From contig OZ024742.1 of NCBI GenBank assembly GCA_964016885.1, forward strand, positions 306,652,001-306,716,000: a stretch of 64,000 bases of DNA, written 5' to 3'. Numbering within the stretch: position 1 is the stretch's first letter; each line of letters begins with the position of its first letter. This stretch comes from Eledone cirrhosa. Taxonomy: Eukaryota. The notes under the pieces were generated by a model. That model was not told the origin of the DNA. It saw nothing but the letters and a program-made list of their open reading frames with translations, and searched no databases. This document shows, one piece after another, positions 24,919-39,900 of this stretch. The translations under genes and the position numbers were made by a program.

Positions 24919-27900
24919 CTCGGACGGCAGTATTACTGTTGCCTCCCTTTGTCACATTTTTCATCTTCTCGGACGGCAGAATTACTGTTGCCTCCCTTTC
25001 TTCACATTTTTCATCTTCTCGGACGGCAGAATTACTGTTGCCTCCCTTTCTTCACATTTTTCATCTTCTCGGACGGCAGAATTACTGTTGCCTCCCTTTC
25101 TTCACATTTTTCATCTTCTCGGACGGCAGTATTACTGTTGCCTCCCTGTCTTCACATTTTTCATCTTCTCGGACGGCAGTATTACTGTTGCCTCCCTTTG
25201 TCACATTTTTCATCTTCTCGGACGGCAGAATTACTGTTGCCTCCCTGTCTTCACATTTTTCATCTTCTCGGACGGCAGTATTAGTGTTGCCTCCCTTTCT
25301 TCACATTTTTCATCTTCTCGGACGGGAGTATTAGTGTTGCCTCCCTTTCTTCACATTTTTCATCTTCTCGGACGGCAGTATTACTGTTGCCTCCCTGTCT
25401 TCACATTTTTCATCATCTCGGACGGCAGTATTACTGTTGCCTCCCTTTCTTCACATTTTTCATCTTCTCGGACGGCAGTATTACTGTTGCCTCCCTGTCT
25501 TCACATTTTTCATCTTCTCGGACGGCAGTATTACTGTTGCCTCCCTGTCTTCACATTTTTCATCATCTCGGACGGCAGTATTACCGTTGCCTCCCTTTCT
25601 TCACATTTTTCATCTTCTCGGACGGCAGTATTACTGTTGCCTCCCTGTCTTCACATTTTTCATCTTCTCGGACGGCAGTATTACTGTTGCCTCCCTTTCT
25701 TCACATTTTTCATCTTCTCGGACGGCAGTATTACTGTTGCCTCACTTTCTTCACATTTTTAATCTTCTCGGACGGCAGTATTACTGTTGCCTCCCTTTCT
25801 TCACATTTTTCATCTTGTCGGACGGCAGAATTACTGTTGCCTCAATGTCTTCACATTTTTTATCTTCTCGGACGGCAGTATTAGTGTTGCCTCCCTTTCT
25901 TCACATTTTTCATCTTCTCGGACGGCAGTATTACTGTTGCCTACCTTTCTTCACATTTTTCATCTTCTCGGACGGCAGTATTACTGTTGCCTCCCTTTCT
26001 TCACATTTTTCATCTTCTCGGACGGCAGTATTACTGTTGCCTCCCTGTCTTCACATTTTTCATCTTCTCGCACGGCAGTATTACTGTTGCCTCCCTTTCT
26101 TCACATTTTTCATCTTCTCGGACGGCAGAATTACTGTTGCCTCCCTTTCTCACATTTTTCATTTTCTCGGACGGCAGTATTACTGTTGCCTCCCTGTCTT
26201 CACATTTTTCATCTTCTCGGACGGCAGAATTACTGTTGCCTCCCTTTCTCACATTTTTCATCTTCTCGCACGGCAGATTTACTGTTGCCTCCCTGTCTTC
26301 ACATTTTTCATCTTCTCGGACGGCAGTATTACTGTTGCCTCCCTTTCTTCACATTTTTCATCTTCTCGGACGGCGGTATTACTGTTGCCTCCCTTTCTTC
26401 ACATTTTTCATCTTCTCGGACGGCAGTATTACTGTTGCCTCCCTGTCTTCACATTTTTCATGTTCTCAGACGGCAGTATTAGTGTTGCCTCACTTTCTTC
26501 ACATTTGTCATCTTCTCGGACGGCAGAATTACTGTTGCCTCCCTTTCTTCACATTTGCCATCTTCTCGGACGGCAGAATTACTGTTGCCTCCCTGTCTTC
26601 ACATTTTTCATCTTCTCGGACGGCAGTATTAGTGTTGCTTCCCTTTCTTCACATTTTTCATCTTCTCGGACGACAGTATTACTGTTGCCTCCCTTTCTCA
26701 CATTTTTCATCTTCTCGGACGACAGTATTACTGTTGCCTCCCTTTCTTCACATTTTTCATCTTCTCGGACGGCAGTATTACTGTTGCCTCCCTTTCTTCA
26801 CATTTTTTATCTTCTCGGACGGCAGTATTAGTGTTGCCTCCCTTTCTTCACATTTTTCATCTTCTCGGACGGCAGTATTACTGTTGCCTCCCTTTCTTTA
26901 CATTTTTCATCTTCTCGGACGGCAGTATTACTGTTGCCTCCCTTTCTTCACATTTTTTATCTTCTCGGACGACAGTATTAGTGTTGCCTCCCTTCTTCAC
27001 ATTTTTCATCTTCTCGGACGGCAGAATTACTGTTGCCTCCCTTTCTTCACATTTTTCATCTTCTCGGACGGCAGTATTACTGTTGCCTCCCTGTCTTCAC
27101 ATTTTTCATCTTCTCGCACGGCAGTATTACTGTTGCCTCCCTTTCTTTACATTTTTCATCTTCTCGGACGGCAGAATTACTGTTGCCTCCCTGTCTTCAC
27201 ATTTTTCATCTTCTCGCACGGCAGTATTACTGTTGCCTCCCTTTCTTTACATTTTTCATCTTCTCGGACGGCAGTATTACTGTTGCCTCCCTGTCTTCAC
27301 ATTTTTCATCTTCTCGCACGGCAGTATTACTGTTGCCTCCCTTTCTTTACATTTTTCATCTTCTCGGACGGCGGTATTACTGTTGCCTCCCTGTCTTCAC
27401 ATTTTTCATCTTCTCGGACGGCAGAATTACTGTTGCCTCCCTTTCTCACATTTTTCATCTTCTCGCACGGCATATTTACTGTTGCCTCCCTGTCTTCACA
27501 TTTTTCATCTTCTCGGACGGCAGTATTACTGTTGCCTCCCTTTCTTCACATTTTTCATCTTCTCGGACGGCGGTATTACTGTTGCCTCCCTTTCTTCACA
27601 TTTTTCATCTTCTCGGACGGCAGAATTACTGTTGCCTCCCTTTCTTCACATTTGCCATCTTCTCGGACGGCAGAATTACTGTTGCCTCCCTGTCTTCACA
27701 TTTTTCATCTTCTCGGACGGCAGTATTAGTGTTGCTTCCCTTTCTTCACATTTTTCATCTTCTCGGACGACAGTATTACTGTTGCCTCCCTTTCTCACAT
27801 TTTTCATCTTCTCGGACGACAGTATTACTGTTGCCTCCCTTTCTTCACATTTTTCATCTTCTCGGACGGCAGTATTAGTGTTGCCTCCCTTTCTTCACAT

Positions 27901-30900
27901 TTTTTATCTTCTCGGACGGCAGAATTACTGTTGCCTCCCTGTCTTCACATTTTTCATCTTCTCGGACGGAAGTATTACTGTTGCCTCCCTTTCTTCACAT
28001 TTTTCATCTTCTCGGACGGCAGAATTACTGTTGCCTCCCTGTCTTCACATTTTTCATCTTCTCGGACGGCAGTATTAGTGTTGCCTCCCTTTCTTCACAT
28101 TTTTCATCTTCTCGGACGGCAGTATTAGTGTTGCCTCCCTTTCTTCACATTTTTCATATTCTTGGACGGCAGAATTACTGTTGCCCTCCCTGTCTTCACA
28201 TTTTTCATCTTGTCGGACGGCAGTATTACTGTTGCCTCCCTTTCTTCACATTTTTCATCTTCTCGGACGGCAGTATTACTGTTGCCTCCCTTTCTTCACA
28301 TTTTTCATCTTCTCGGACGGCAGTATTACTGTTGCCTCCCTTTCTTCACATTTTTCATCTTCTCGGACTGCAGAATTACTGTTGCCTCCCTTTCTTCACA
28401 TTTTTCATCTTCTCGGACGGCAGTATTACTGTTGCCTCCCTTTCTTCACATTTTTCATCTTCTCGGACTGCAGAATTACTGTTGCCTCCCTTTCTCACAT
28501 TTTTCATCTTCTCGGAAGGCAGTATTACTGTTGCCTCCCTTTCTTCACATTTTTCATCTTCTCGGACGGCAGAATTACTGTTGCCTCCCTTTCTCACATT
28601 TTTCATCTTCTAGCACGGCAGAATTACTGTTGCCTCCCTTTCTCACATTTTTCATCTTCTCGGACGGCAGTATTACTGTTGCCTCCCTTTCTTCACATTT
28701 TTCATCTTCTCGGACGGCAGTATTACTGTTGCCTCCCTTTGTCACATTTTTCATCTTCTCGGACGGCAGTATTACTGTTGCCTCCCTTTCTTCACATTTT
28801 TTATCTTCTCGGACGGCGGTATTACTGTTGCCTCCCTTTCTTCACATTTTTCATCTTCTCGGACGGCAGTATTACTGTTGCCTCCCTTTGTCACATTTTT
28901 CATCTTCTCGGACGGCAGAATTACTGTTGCCTCCCTTTCTTCACATTTTTCATCTTCTCGGACGGCAGAATTACTGTTGCCTCCCTTTCTTCACATTTTT
29001 CATCTTCTCGGACGGCAGAATTACTGTTGCCTCCCTTTCTTCACATTTTTCATCTTCTCGGACGGCAGTATTACTGTTGCCTCCCTGTCTTCACATTTTT
29101 CATCTTCTCGGACGGCAGTATTACTGTTGCCTCCCTTTGTCACATTTTTCATCTTCTCGGACGGCAGAATTACTGTTGCCTCCCTGTCTTCACATTTTTC
29201 ATCTTCTCGGACGGCAGTATTAGTGTTGCCTCCCTTTCTTCACATTTTTCATCTTCTCGGACGGCAGTATTAGTGTTGCCTCCCTTTCTTCACATTTTTC
29301 ATCTTCTCGGACGGCAGTATTACTGTTGCCTCCCTGTCTTCACATTTTTCATCATCTCGGACGGCAGTATTACTGTTGCCTCCCTTTCTTCACATTTTTC
29401 ATCTTCTCGGACGGCAGTATTACTGTTGCCTCCCTGTCTTCACATTTTTCATCTTCTCGGACGGCAGTATTACTGTTGCCTCCCTGTCTTCACATTTTTC
29501 ATCATCTCGGACGGCAGTATTACTGTTGCCTCCCTTTCTTCACATTTTTCATCTTCTCGGACGGCAGTATTACTGTTGCCTCCCTGTCTTCACATTTTTC
29601 ATCTTCTCGGACGGCAGTATTACTGTTGCCTCCCTTTCTCACATTTTTCATCTTCTCGGACGGCAGAATTACTGTTGCCTCCCTGTCTTCACATTTTTCA
29701 TCTTCTCGGACGTCAGTATTAGTGTTGCCTCCCTTTCTTCACATTTTTCATCTTCTCGGACGGCAGTAATACTGTTGACTCACTTTCTTCACATTTTTAA
29801 TCTTCTCGGACGGCAGTATTACTGTTGCCTCCCTTTCTTCACATTTTTCATCTTGTCGGACGGCAGAATTACTGTTGCCTCAATGTCTTCACATTTTTTA
29901 TCTTCTCGGACGGCAGTATTAGTGTTGCCTCCCTTTCTTCACATTTTTCATCTTCTCGGACGGCAGTATTACTGTTGCCTCCCTTTCTTCACATTTTTCA
30001 TCTTCTCGGACGGCAGTATTACTGTTGCCTCCCTTTCTTCACATTTTTCATCTTCTCGGACGGCAGTATTACTGTTGCCTCCCTGTCTTCACATTTTTCA
30101 TCTTCTCGCACGGCAGTATTACTGTTGCCTCCCTTTCTTCACATTTTTCATCTTCTCGGACGGCAGAATTACTGTTGCCTCCCTTTCTCACATTTTTCAT
30201 TTTCTCGGACGGCAGTATTACTGTTGCCTCCCTGTCTTCACATTTTTCATCTTCTCGGACGGCAGAATTACTGTTGCCTCCCTTTCTCACATTTTTCATC
30301 TTCTCGCACGGCAGATTTACTGTTGCCTCCCTGTCTTCACATTTTTCATCTTCTCGGACGGCAGTATTACTGTTGCCTCCCTTTCTTCACATTTTTCATC
30401 TTCTCGGACGGCGGTATTACTGTTGCCTCCCTTTCTTCACATTTTTCATCTTCTCGGACGGCAGTATTACTGTTGCCTCCCTGTCTTCACATTTTTCATG
30501 TTCTCAGACGGCAGTATTAGTGTTGCCTCCCTTTCTTCACATTTGTCATCTTCTCGGACGGCAGAATTACTGTTGCCTCCCTTTCTTCACATTTGCCATC
30601 TTCTCGGACGGCAGAATTACTGTTGCCTCCCTGTCTTCACATTTTTCATCTTCTCGGACGGCAGTATTAGTGTTGCTTCCCTTTCTTCACATTTTTCATC
30701 TTCTCGGACGACAGTATTACTGTTGCCTCCCTTTCTCACATTTTTCATCTTCTCGGACGACAGTATTACTGATGCCTCCCTTTCTTCACATTTTTCATCT
30801 TCTCGGACGGCAGTATTACTGTTGCCTCCCTTTCTTCACATTTTTTATCTTCTCGGACGGCAGTATTAGTGTTGCCTCCCTTTCTTCACATTTTTCATCT

Positions 30901-33900
30901 TCTCGGACGGCAGTATTACTGTTGCCTCCCTTTCTTTACATTTTTCATCTTCTCGGACGGCAGTATTACTGTTGCCTCCCTTTCTTCACATTTTTTATCT
31001 TCTCGGACGACAGTATTAGTGTTGCCTCCCTTCTTCAGATTTTTCATCTTCTCGGACGGCAGAATTACTGTTGCCTCCCTTTCTTCACATTTTTCATCTT
31101 CTCGGACGGCAGTATTACTGTTGCCTCCCTGTCTTCACATTTTTCATCTTCTCGCACGGCAGTATTACTGTTGCCTCCCTTTCTTTACATTTTTCATCTT
31201 CTCGGACGGCAGAATTCCTGTTGCCTCCCTGTCTTCACATTTTTCATCTTCTCGCACGGCAGTATTACTGTTGCCTCCCTTTCTTTACATTTTTCATCTT
31301 CTCGGACGGCAGTATTACTGTTGCCTCCCTGTCTTCACATTTTTCATCTTCTCGCACGGCAGTATTACTGTTGCCCCCCTTTCTTTACATTTTTCATCTT
31401 CTCGGACGGCGGTATTACTGTTGCCTCCCTGTCTTCACATTTTTCATCTTCTCGGACGGCAGAATTACTGTTGCCTCCCTTTCTCACATTTTTCATCTTC
31501 TCGCACGGCATATTTACTGTTGCCTCCCTGTCTTCACATTTTTCATCATCTCGGACGGCAGTATTACTGTTGCCTCCCTTTCTTCACATTTTTCATCTTC
31601 TCGGACGGCAGTATTACTGTTGCCTCCCTGTCTTCACATTTTTCATCTTCTCGGACGGCAGTATTACTGTTGCCTCCCTTTCTCACATTTTTCATCTTCT
31701 CGGACGGCAGAATTACTGTTGCCTCCCTGTCTTCACATTTTTCATCTTCTCGGACGGCAGTATTAGTGTTGCCTCCCTTTCTTCACATTTTTCATCTTCT
31801 CGGACGGCAGTAATACTGTTGCCTCACTTTCTTCACATTTTTAATCTTCTCGGACGGCAGTATTACTGTTGCCTCCCTTTCTTCACATATTTCATCTTGT
31901 CGGACGGCAGAATTACTGTTGCCTCAATGTCTTCACATTTTTTATCTTCTCGGACGGCAGTATTAGTGTTGCCTCCCTTTCTTCACATTTTTCATCTTCT
32001 CGGACGGCAGTATTACTGTTGCCTCCCTTTCTTCACATTTTTCATCTTCTCGGACGGCAGTATTACTGTTGCCTCCCTTTCTTCACATTTTTCATCTTCT
32101 CGGACGGCAGTATTACTGTTGCCTCCCTGTCTTCACATTTTTCATCTTCTCGCACGGCAGTATTACTGTTGCCTCCCTTTCTTCACATTTTTCATCTTCT
32201 CGGACGGCAGAATTACTGTTGCCTCCCTTTCTCACATTTTTCATTTTCTCGGACGGCAGTATTACTGTTGCCTCCCTGTCTTCACATTTTTCATCTTCTC
32301 GGACGGCAGAATTACTGTTGCCTCCCTTTCTCACATTTTTCATCTTCTCGCACGGCAGATTTACTGTTGCCTCCCTGTCTTCACATTTTTCATCTTCTCG
32401 GACGGCAGTATTACTGTTGCCTCCCTTTCTTCACATTTTTCATCTTCTCGGACGGCGGTATTACTGTTGCCTCCCTTTCTTCACATTTTTCATCTTCTCG
32501 GACGGCAGTATTACTGTTGCCTCCCTGTCTTCACATTTTTCATGTTCTCAGACGGCAGTATTAGTGTTGCCTCCCTTTCTTCACATTTGTCATCTTCTCG
32601 GACGGCAGAATTACTGTTGCCTCCCTTTCTTCACATTTGCCATCTTCTCGGACGGCAGAATTACTGTTGCCTCCCTGTCTTCACATTTTTCATCTTCTCG
32701 GACGGCAGTATTAGTGTTGCTTCCCTTTCTTCACATTTTTCATCTTCTCGGACGACAGTATTACTGTTGCCTCCCTTTCTCACATTTTTCATCTTCTCGG
32801 ACGACAGTATTACTGTTGCCTCCCTTTCTTCACATTTTTCATCTTCTCGGACGGCAGTATTACTGTTGCCTCCCTTTCTTCACATTTTTTATCTTCTCGG
32901 ACGGCAGTATTAGTGTTGCCTCCCTTTCTTCACATTTTTCATCTTCTCGGACGGCAGTATTACTGTTGCCTCCCTTTCTTTACATTTTTCATCTTCTCGG
33001 ACGGCAGTATTACTGTTGCCTCCCTTTCTTCACATTTTTTATCTTCTCGGACGACAGTATTAGTGTTGCCTCCCTTCTTCAGATTTTTCATCTTCTCGGA
33101 CGGCAGAATTACTGTTGCCTCCCTTTCTTCACATTTTTCATCTTCTCGGACGGCAGTATTACTGTTGCCTCCCTGTCTTCACATTTTTCATCTTCTCGCA
33201 CGGCAGTATTACTGTTGCCTCCCTTTCTTTACATTTTTCATCTTCTCGGACGGCAGAATTCCTGTTGCCTCCCTGTCTTCACATTTTTCATCTTCTCGCA
33301 CGGCAGTATTACTGTTGCCTCCCTTTCTTTACATTTTTCATCTTCTCGGACGGCAGTATTACTGTTGCCTCCCTGTCTTCACATTTTTCATCTTCTCGCA
33401 CGGCAGTATTACTGTTGCCCCCCTTTCTTTACATTTTTCATCTTCTCGGACGGCGGTATTACTGTTGCCTCCCTGTCTTCACATTTTTCATCTTCTCGGA
33501 CGGCAGAATTACTGTTGCCTCCCTTTCTCACATTTTTCATCTTCTCGCACGGCATATTTACTGTTGCCTCCCTGTCTTCACATTTTTCATCTTCTCGGAC
33601 GGCAGTATTACTGTTGCCTCCCTTTCTTCACATTTTTCATCTTCTCGGACGGCGGTATTACTGTTGCCTCCCTTTCTTCACATTTTTCATCTTCTCGGAC
33701 GGCAGAATTACTGTTGCCTCCCTTTCTTCACATTTGCCATCTTCTCGGACGGCAGAATTACTGTTGCCTCCCTGTCTTCACATTTTTCATCTTCTCGGAC
33801 GGCAGTATTAGTGTTGCTTCCCTTTCTTCACATTTTTCATCTTCTCGGACGACAGTATTACTGTTGCCTCCCTTTCTCACATTTTTCATCTTCTCGGACG

Positions 33901-36900
33901 ACAGTATTACTGTTGCCTCCCTTTCTTCACATTTTTCATCTTCTCGGACGGCAGTATTAGTGTTGCCTCCCTTTCTTCACATTTTTTATCTTCTCGGACG
34001 GCAGAATTACTGTTGCCTCCCTGTCTTCACATTTTTCATCTTCTCGGACGGAAGTATTACTGTTGCCTCCCTTTCTTCACATTTTTCATCTTCTCGGACG
34101 GCAGAATTACTGTTGCCTCCCTGTCTTCACATTTTTCATCTTCTCGGACGGCAGTATTAGTGTTGCCTCCCTTTCTTCACATTTTTCATCTTCTCGGACG
34201 GCAGTATTAGTGTTGCCTCCCTTTCTTCACATTTTTCATATTCTTGGACGGCAGAATTACTGTTGCCCTCCCTGTCTTCACATTTTTCATCTTGTCGGAC
34301 GGCAGTATTACTGTTGCCTCCCTTTCTTCACATTTTTCATCTTCTCGGACGGCAGTATTACTGTTGCCTCCCTTTCTTCACATTTTTCATCTTCTCGGAC
34401 GGCAGTATTACTGTTGCCTCCCTTTCTTCACATTTTTCATCTTCTCGGACTGCAGAATTACTGTTGCCTCCCTTTCTTCACATTTTTCATCTTCTCGGAC
34501 GGCAGTATTACTGTTGCCTCCCTTTCTTCACATTTTTCATCTTCTCGGACTGCAGAATTACTGTTGCCTCCCTTTCTCACATTTTTCATCTTCTCGGAAG
34601 GCAGTATTACTGTTGCCTCCCTTTCTTCACATTTTTCATCTTCTCGGACGGCAGAATTACTGTTGCCTCCCTTTCTCACATTTTTCATCTTCTAGCACGG
34701 CAGAATTACTGTTGCCTCCCTGTCTTCACATTTTTCATCTTCTCGGACGGCAGTATTACTGTTGCCTCCCTTCTTCACATTTTTCATCTTCTCGGACGGC
34801 GGTATTACTGTTGCCTCCCTTTCTTCACATTTTTCATCTTCTCGGACGGCAGTATTACTGTTGCCTCCCTGTCTTCACATTTTTCATCTTCTCAGACGGC
34901 AGTATTAGTGTTGCCTCCCTTTCTTCACATTTGTCATCTTCTCGGACGGCAGAATTACTGTTGCCTACTTTCTTCACATTTGTCATCTTCTCGGACGGCA
35001 GAATTACTGTTGCCTCCCTTTCTTCACATTTGCCATCTTCTGGGACGGCAGAATTACTGTTGCCTCCCTGTCTTCACATTTTTCATCTTCTCGGACGGCA
35101 GAATTACTGTTGCCTCCCTTTCTCACATTTTTCATTTTCTCGGACGGCAGTATTACTGTTGCCTCCCTGTCTTCACATTTTTCATCTTCTCGGACGGCAG
35201 AATTACTGTTGCCTCCCTTTCTCACATTTTTCATCTTCTCGCACGGCAGATTTACTGTTGCCTCCCTGTCTTCACATTTTTCATCTTCTCGGACGGCAGT
35301 ATTACTGTTGCCTCCCTTTCTTCACATTTTTCATCTTCTCGGACGGCGGTATTACTGTTGCCTCCCTTTCTTCACATTTTTCATCTTCTCGGACGGCAGT
35401 ATTACTGTTGCCTCCCTGTCTTCACATTTTTCATGTTCTCAGACGGCAGTATTAGTGTTGCCTCCCTTTCTTCACATTTGTCATCTTCTCGGACGGCAGA
35501 ATTACTGTTGCCTCCCTTTCTTCACATTTGCCATCTTCTCGGACGGCAGAATTACTGTTGCCTCCCTGTCTTCACATTTTTCATCTTCTCGGACGGCAGT
35601 ATTAGTGTTGCTTCCCTTTCTTCACATTTTTCATCTTCTCGGACGACAGTATTACTGTTGCCTCCCTTTCTCACATTTTTCATCTTCTCGGACGACAGTA
35701 TTACTGTTGCCTCCCTTTCTTCACATTTTTCATCTTCTCGGACGGCAGTATTACTGTTGCCTCCCTTTCTTCACATTTTTTATCTTCTCGGACGGCAGTA
35801 TTAGTGTTGCCTCCCTTTCTTCACATTTTTCATCTTCTCGGACGGCAGTATTACTGTTGCCTCCCTTTCTTTACATTTTTCATCTTCTCGGACGGCAGTA
35901 TTACTGTTGCCTCCCTTTCTTCACATTTTTTATCTTCTCGGACGACAGTATTAGTGTTGCCTCCCTTCTTCAGATTTTTCATCTTCTCGGACGGCAGAAT
36001 TACTGTTGCCTCCCTTTCTTCACATTTTTCATCTTCTCGGACGGCAGTATTACTGTTGCCTCCCTGTCTTCACATTTTTCATCTTCTCGCACGGCAGTAT
36101 TACTGTTGCCTCCCTTTCTTTACATTTTTCATCTTCTCGGACGGCAGAATTCCTGTTGCCTCCCTGTCTTCACATTTTTCATCTTCTCGCACGGCAGTAT
36201 TACTGTTGCCTCCCTTTCTTTACATTTTTCATCTTCTCGGACGGCAGTATTACTGTTGCCTCCCTGTCTTCACATTTTTCATCTTCTCGCACGGCAGTAT
36301 TACTGTTGCCCCCCTTTCTTTACATTTTTCATCTTCTCGGACGGCGGTATTACTGTTGCCTCCCTGTCTTCACATTTTTCATCTTCTCGGACGGCAGAAT
36401 TACTGTTGCCTCCCTTTCTCACATTTTTCATCTTCTCGCACGGCATATTTACTGTTGCCTCCCTGTCTTCACATTTTTCATCTTCTCGGACGGCAGTATT
36501 ACTGTTGCCTCCCTTTCTTCACATTTTTCATCTTCTCGGACGGCGGTATTACTGTTGCCTCCCTTTCTTCACATTTTTCATCTTCTCGGACGGCAGAATT
36601 ACTGTTGCCTCCCTTTCTTCACATTTGCCATCTTCTCGGACGGCAGAATTACTGTTGCCTCCCTGTCTTCACATTTTTCATCTTCTCGGACGGCAGTATT
36701 AGTGTTGCTTCCCTTTCTTCACATTTTTCATCTTCTCGGACGACAGTATTACTGTTGCCTCCCTTTCTCACATTTTTCATCTTCTCGGACGACAGTATTA
36801 CTGTTGCCTCCCTTTCTTCACATTTTTCATCTTCTCGGACGGCAGTATTAGTGTTGCCTCCCTTTCTTCACATTTTTTATCTTCTCGGACGGCAGAATTA

Positions 36901-39900
36901 CTGTTGCCTCCCTGTCTTCACATTTTTCATCTTCTCGGACGGAAGTATTACTGTTGCCTCCCTTTCTTCACATTTTTCATCTTCTCGGACGGCAGAATTA
37001 CTGTTGCCTCCCTGTCTTCACATTTTTCATCTTCTCGGACGGCAGTATTAGTGTTGCCTCCCTTTCTTCACATTTTTCATCTTCTCGGACGGCAGTATTA
37101 GTGTTGCCTCCCTTTCTTCACATTTTTCATATTCTTGGACGGCAGAATTACTGTTGCCCTCCCTGTCTTCACATTTTTCATCTTGTCGGACGGCAGTATT
37201 ACTGTTGCCTCCCTTTCTTCACATTTTTCATCTTCTCGGACGGCAGTATTACTGTTGCCTCCCTTTCTTCACATTTTTCATCTTCTCGGACGGCAGTATT
37301 ACTGTTGCCTCCCTTTCTTCACATTTTTCATCTTCTCGGACTGCAGAATTACTGTTGCCTCCCTTTCTTCACATTTTTCATCTTCTCGGACGGCAGTATT
37401 ACTGTTGCCTCCCTTTCTTCACATTTTTCATCTTCTCGGACTGCAGAATTACTGTTGCCTCCCTTTCTCACATTTTTCATCTTCTCGGAAGGCAGTATTA
37501 CTGTTGCCTCCCTTTCTTCACATTTTTCATCTTCTCGGACGGCAGAATTACTGTTGCCTCCCTTTCTCACATTTTTCATCTTCTAGCACGGCAGAATTAC
37601 TGTTGCCTCCCTGTCTTCACATTTTTCATCTTCTCGGACGGCAGTATTACTGTTGCCTCCCTTCTTCACATTTTTCATCTTCTCGGACGGCGGTATTACT
37701 GTTGCCTCCCTTTCTTCACATTTTTCATCTTCTCGGACGGCAGTATTACTGTTGCCTCCCTGTCTTCACATTTTTCATCTTCTCAGACGGCAGTATTAGT
37801 GTTGCCTCCCTTTCTTCACATTTGTCATCTTCTCGGACGGCAGAATTACTGTTGCCTACTTTCTTCACATTTGTCATCTTCTCGGACGGCAGAATTACTG
37901 TTGACTCCCTTTCTTCACATTTGCCATCTTCTGGGACGGCAGAATTACTGTTGCCTCCCTGTCTTCACATTTTTCATCTTCTCGGACGGCAGTATTAGTG
38001 TTGCTTCCCTTTCTTCACATTTTTCATCTTCTCGGACGACAGTATTACTGTTGCCTCCCTTTCTCACATTTTTCATCTTCTCGGACGACAGTATTACTGT
38101 TGCCTCCCTTTCTTCACATTTTTCATCTTCTCGGACGGCAGTATTAGTGTTGCCTCCCTTTCTTCACATTTTTTATCTTCTCGGACGGCAGAATTACTGT
38201 TGCCTCCCTGTCTTCACATTTTTCATCTTCTCGGACGGAAGTATTACTGTTGCCTCCCTTTCTTCACATTTTTCATCTTCTCGGACGGCAGAATTACTGT
38301 TGCCTCCCTGTCTTCACATTTTTCATCTTCTCGGACGGCAGTATTAGTGTTGCCTCCCTTTCTTCACATTTTTCATCTTCTCGGACGGCAGTATTAGTGT
38401 TGCCTCCCTTTCTTCACATTTTTCATATTCTTGGACGGCAGAATTACTGTTGCCCTCCCTGTCTTCACATTTTTCATCTTGTCGGACGGCAGTATTACTG
38501 TTGCCTCCCTTTCTTCACATTTTTCATCTTCTCGGACGGCAGTATTACTGTTGCCTCCCTTTCTTCACATTTTTCATCTTCTCGGACGGCAGTATTACTG
38601 TTGCCTCCCTTTCTTCACATCTTTCATCTTCTCGGACTGCAGAATTACTGTTGCCTCCCTTTCTTCACATTTTTCATCTTCTCGGACGGCAGTATTACTG
38701 TTGCCTCCCTTTCTTCACATTTTTCATCTTCTCGGACTGCAGAATTACTGTTGCCTCCCTTTCTCACATTTTTCATCTTCTCGGAAGGCAGTATTACTGT
38801 TGCCTCCCTTTCTTCACATTTTTCATCTTCTCGGACGGCAGAATTACTGTTGCCTCCCTTTCTCACATTTTTCATCTTCTAGCACGGCAGAATTACTGTT
38901 GCCTCCCTGTCTTCACATTTTTCATCTTCTCGGACGGCAGTATTAGTGTTGCCTCCCTTTCTTCACATTTTTCATCTTCTCGGACGGCAGAATTACTGTT
39001 GCCTCCCTGTCTTCACATTTTTCATCTTCTCGGACGGCAGTATTAGTGTTGCCTCCCTTTCTTCACATTTTTCATCTTCTCGGACGGCAGTATTAGTGTT
39101 GCCTCCCTTTCTTCACATTTTTCATCTTCTCGGACGGCGGTATTACTGTTGCCTCCCTTTCTTCACATTTTTCATCTTCTCGGACGGCAGTATTACTGTT
39201 GCCTCCCTGTCTTCACATTTTTCATCTTCTCGGACGGCAGTATTAGTGTTGCTTCCCTTTCTTCACATTTTTCATCTTCTCGGACGACAGTATTACTGTT
39301 TTCTCCCTTTCTCACATTTTTCATCTTCTCGGACGGCAGTATTACTGTTGCCTCCCTTTCTTCACATTTTTTATCTTCTCGGACGGCAGAATTACTGTTG
39401 CCTCCCTGTCTTCACATTTTTCATCTTCTCGGACGGAAGTATTACTGTTGCCTCCCTTTCTTCACATTTTTCATCTTCTCGGACGGCAGAATTACTGTTG
39501 CCTCCCTGTCTTCACATTTTTCATCTTCTCGGACGGCAGTATTAGTGTTGCCTCCCTTTCTTCACATTTTTCATCTTCTCGGACGGCAGTATTAGTGTTG
39601 CCTCCCTTTCTTCACATTTTTCATATTCTTGGACGGCAGAATTACTGTTGCCCTCCCTGTCTTCACATTTTTCATATTCTTGGACGGCAGAATTACTGTT
39701 GCCCTCCCTGTCTTCACATTTTTCATCTTGTCGGACGGCAGTATTACTTTTGCCTCCCTTTCTTCACATTTTTCATCTTCTCGGACGGCAGAATTACTGT
39801 TGCCTCCCTTTCCCACATTTTTCATCTTCTCGGACGGCAGTATTACTGTTGCCTCCCTTTCTTCACATTTTTCATCTTCTCGGACGGCAGTATTACTATT

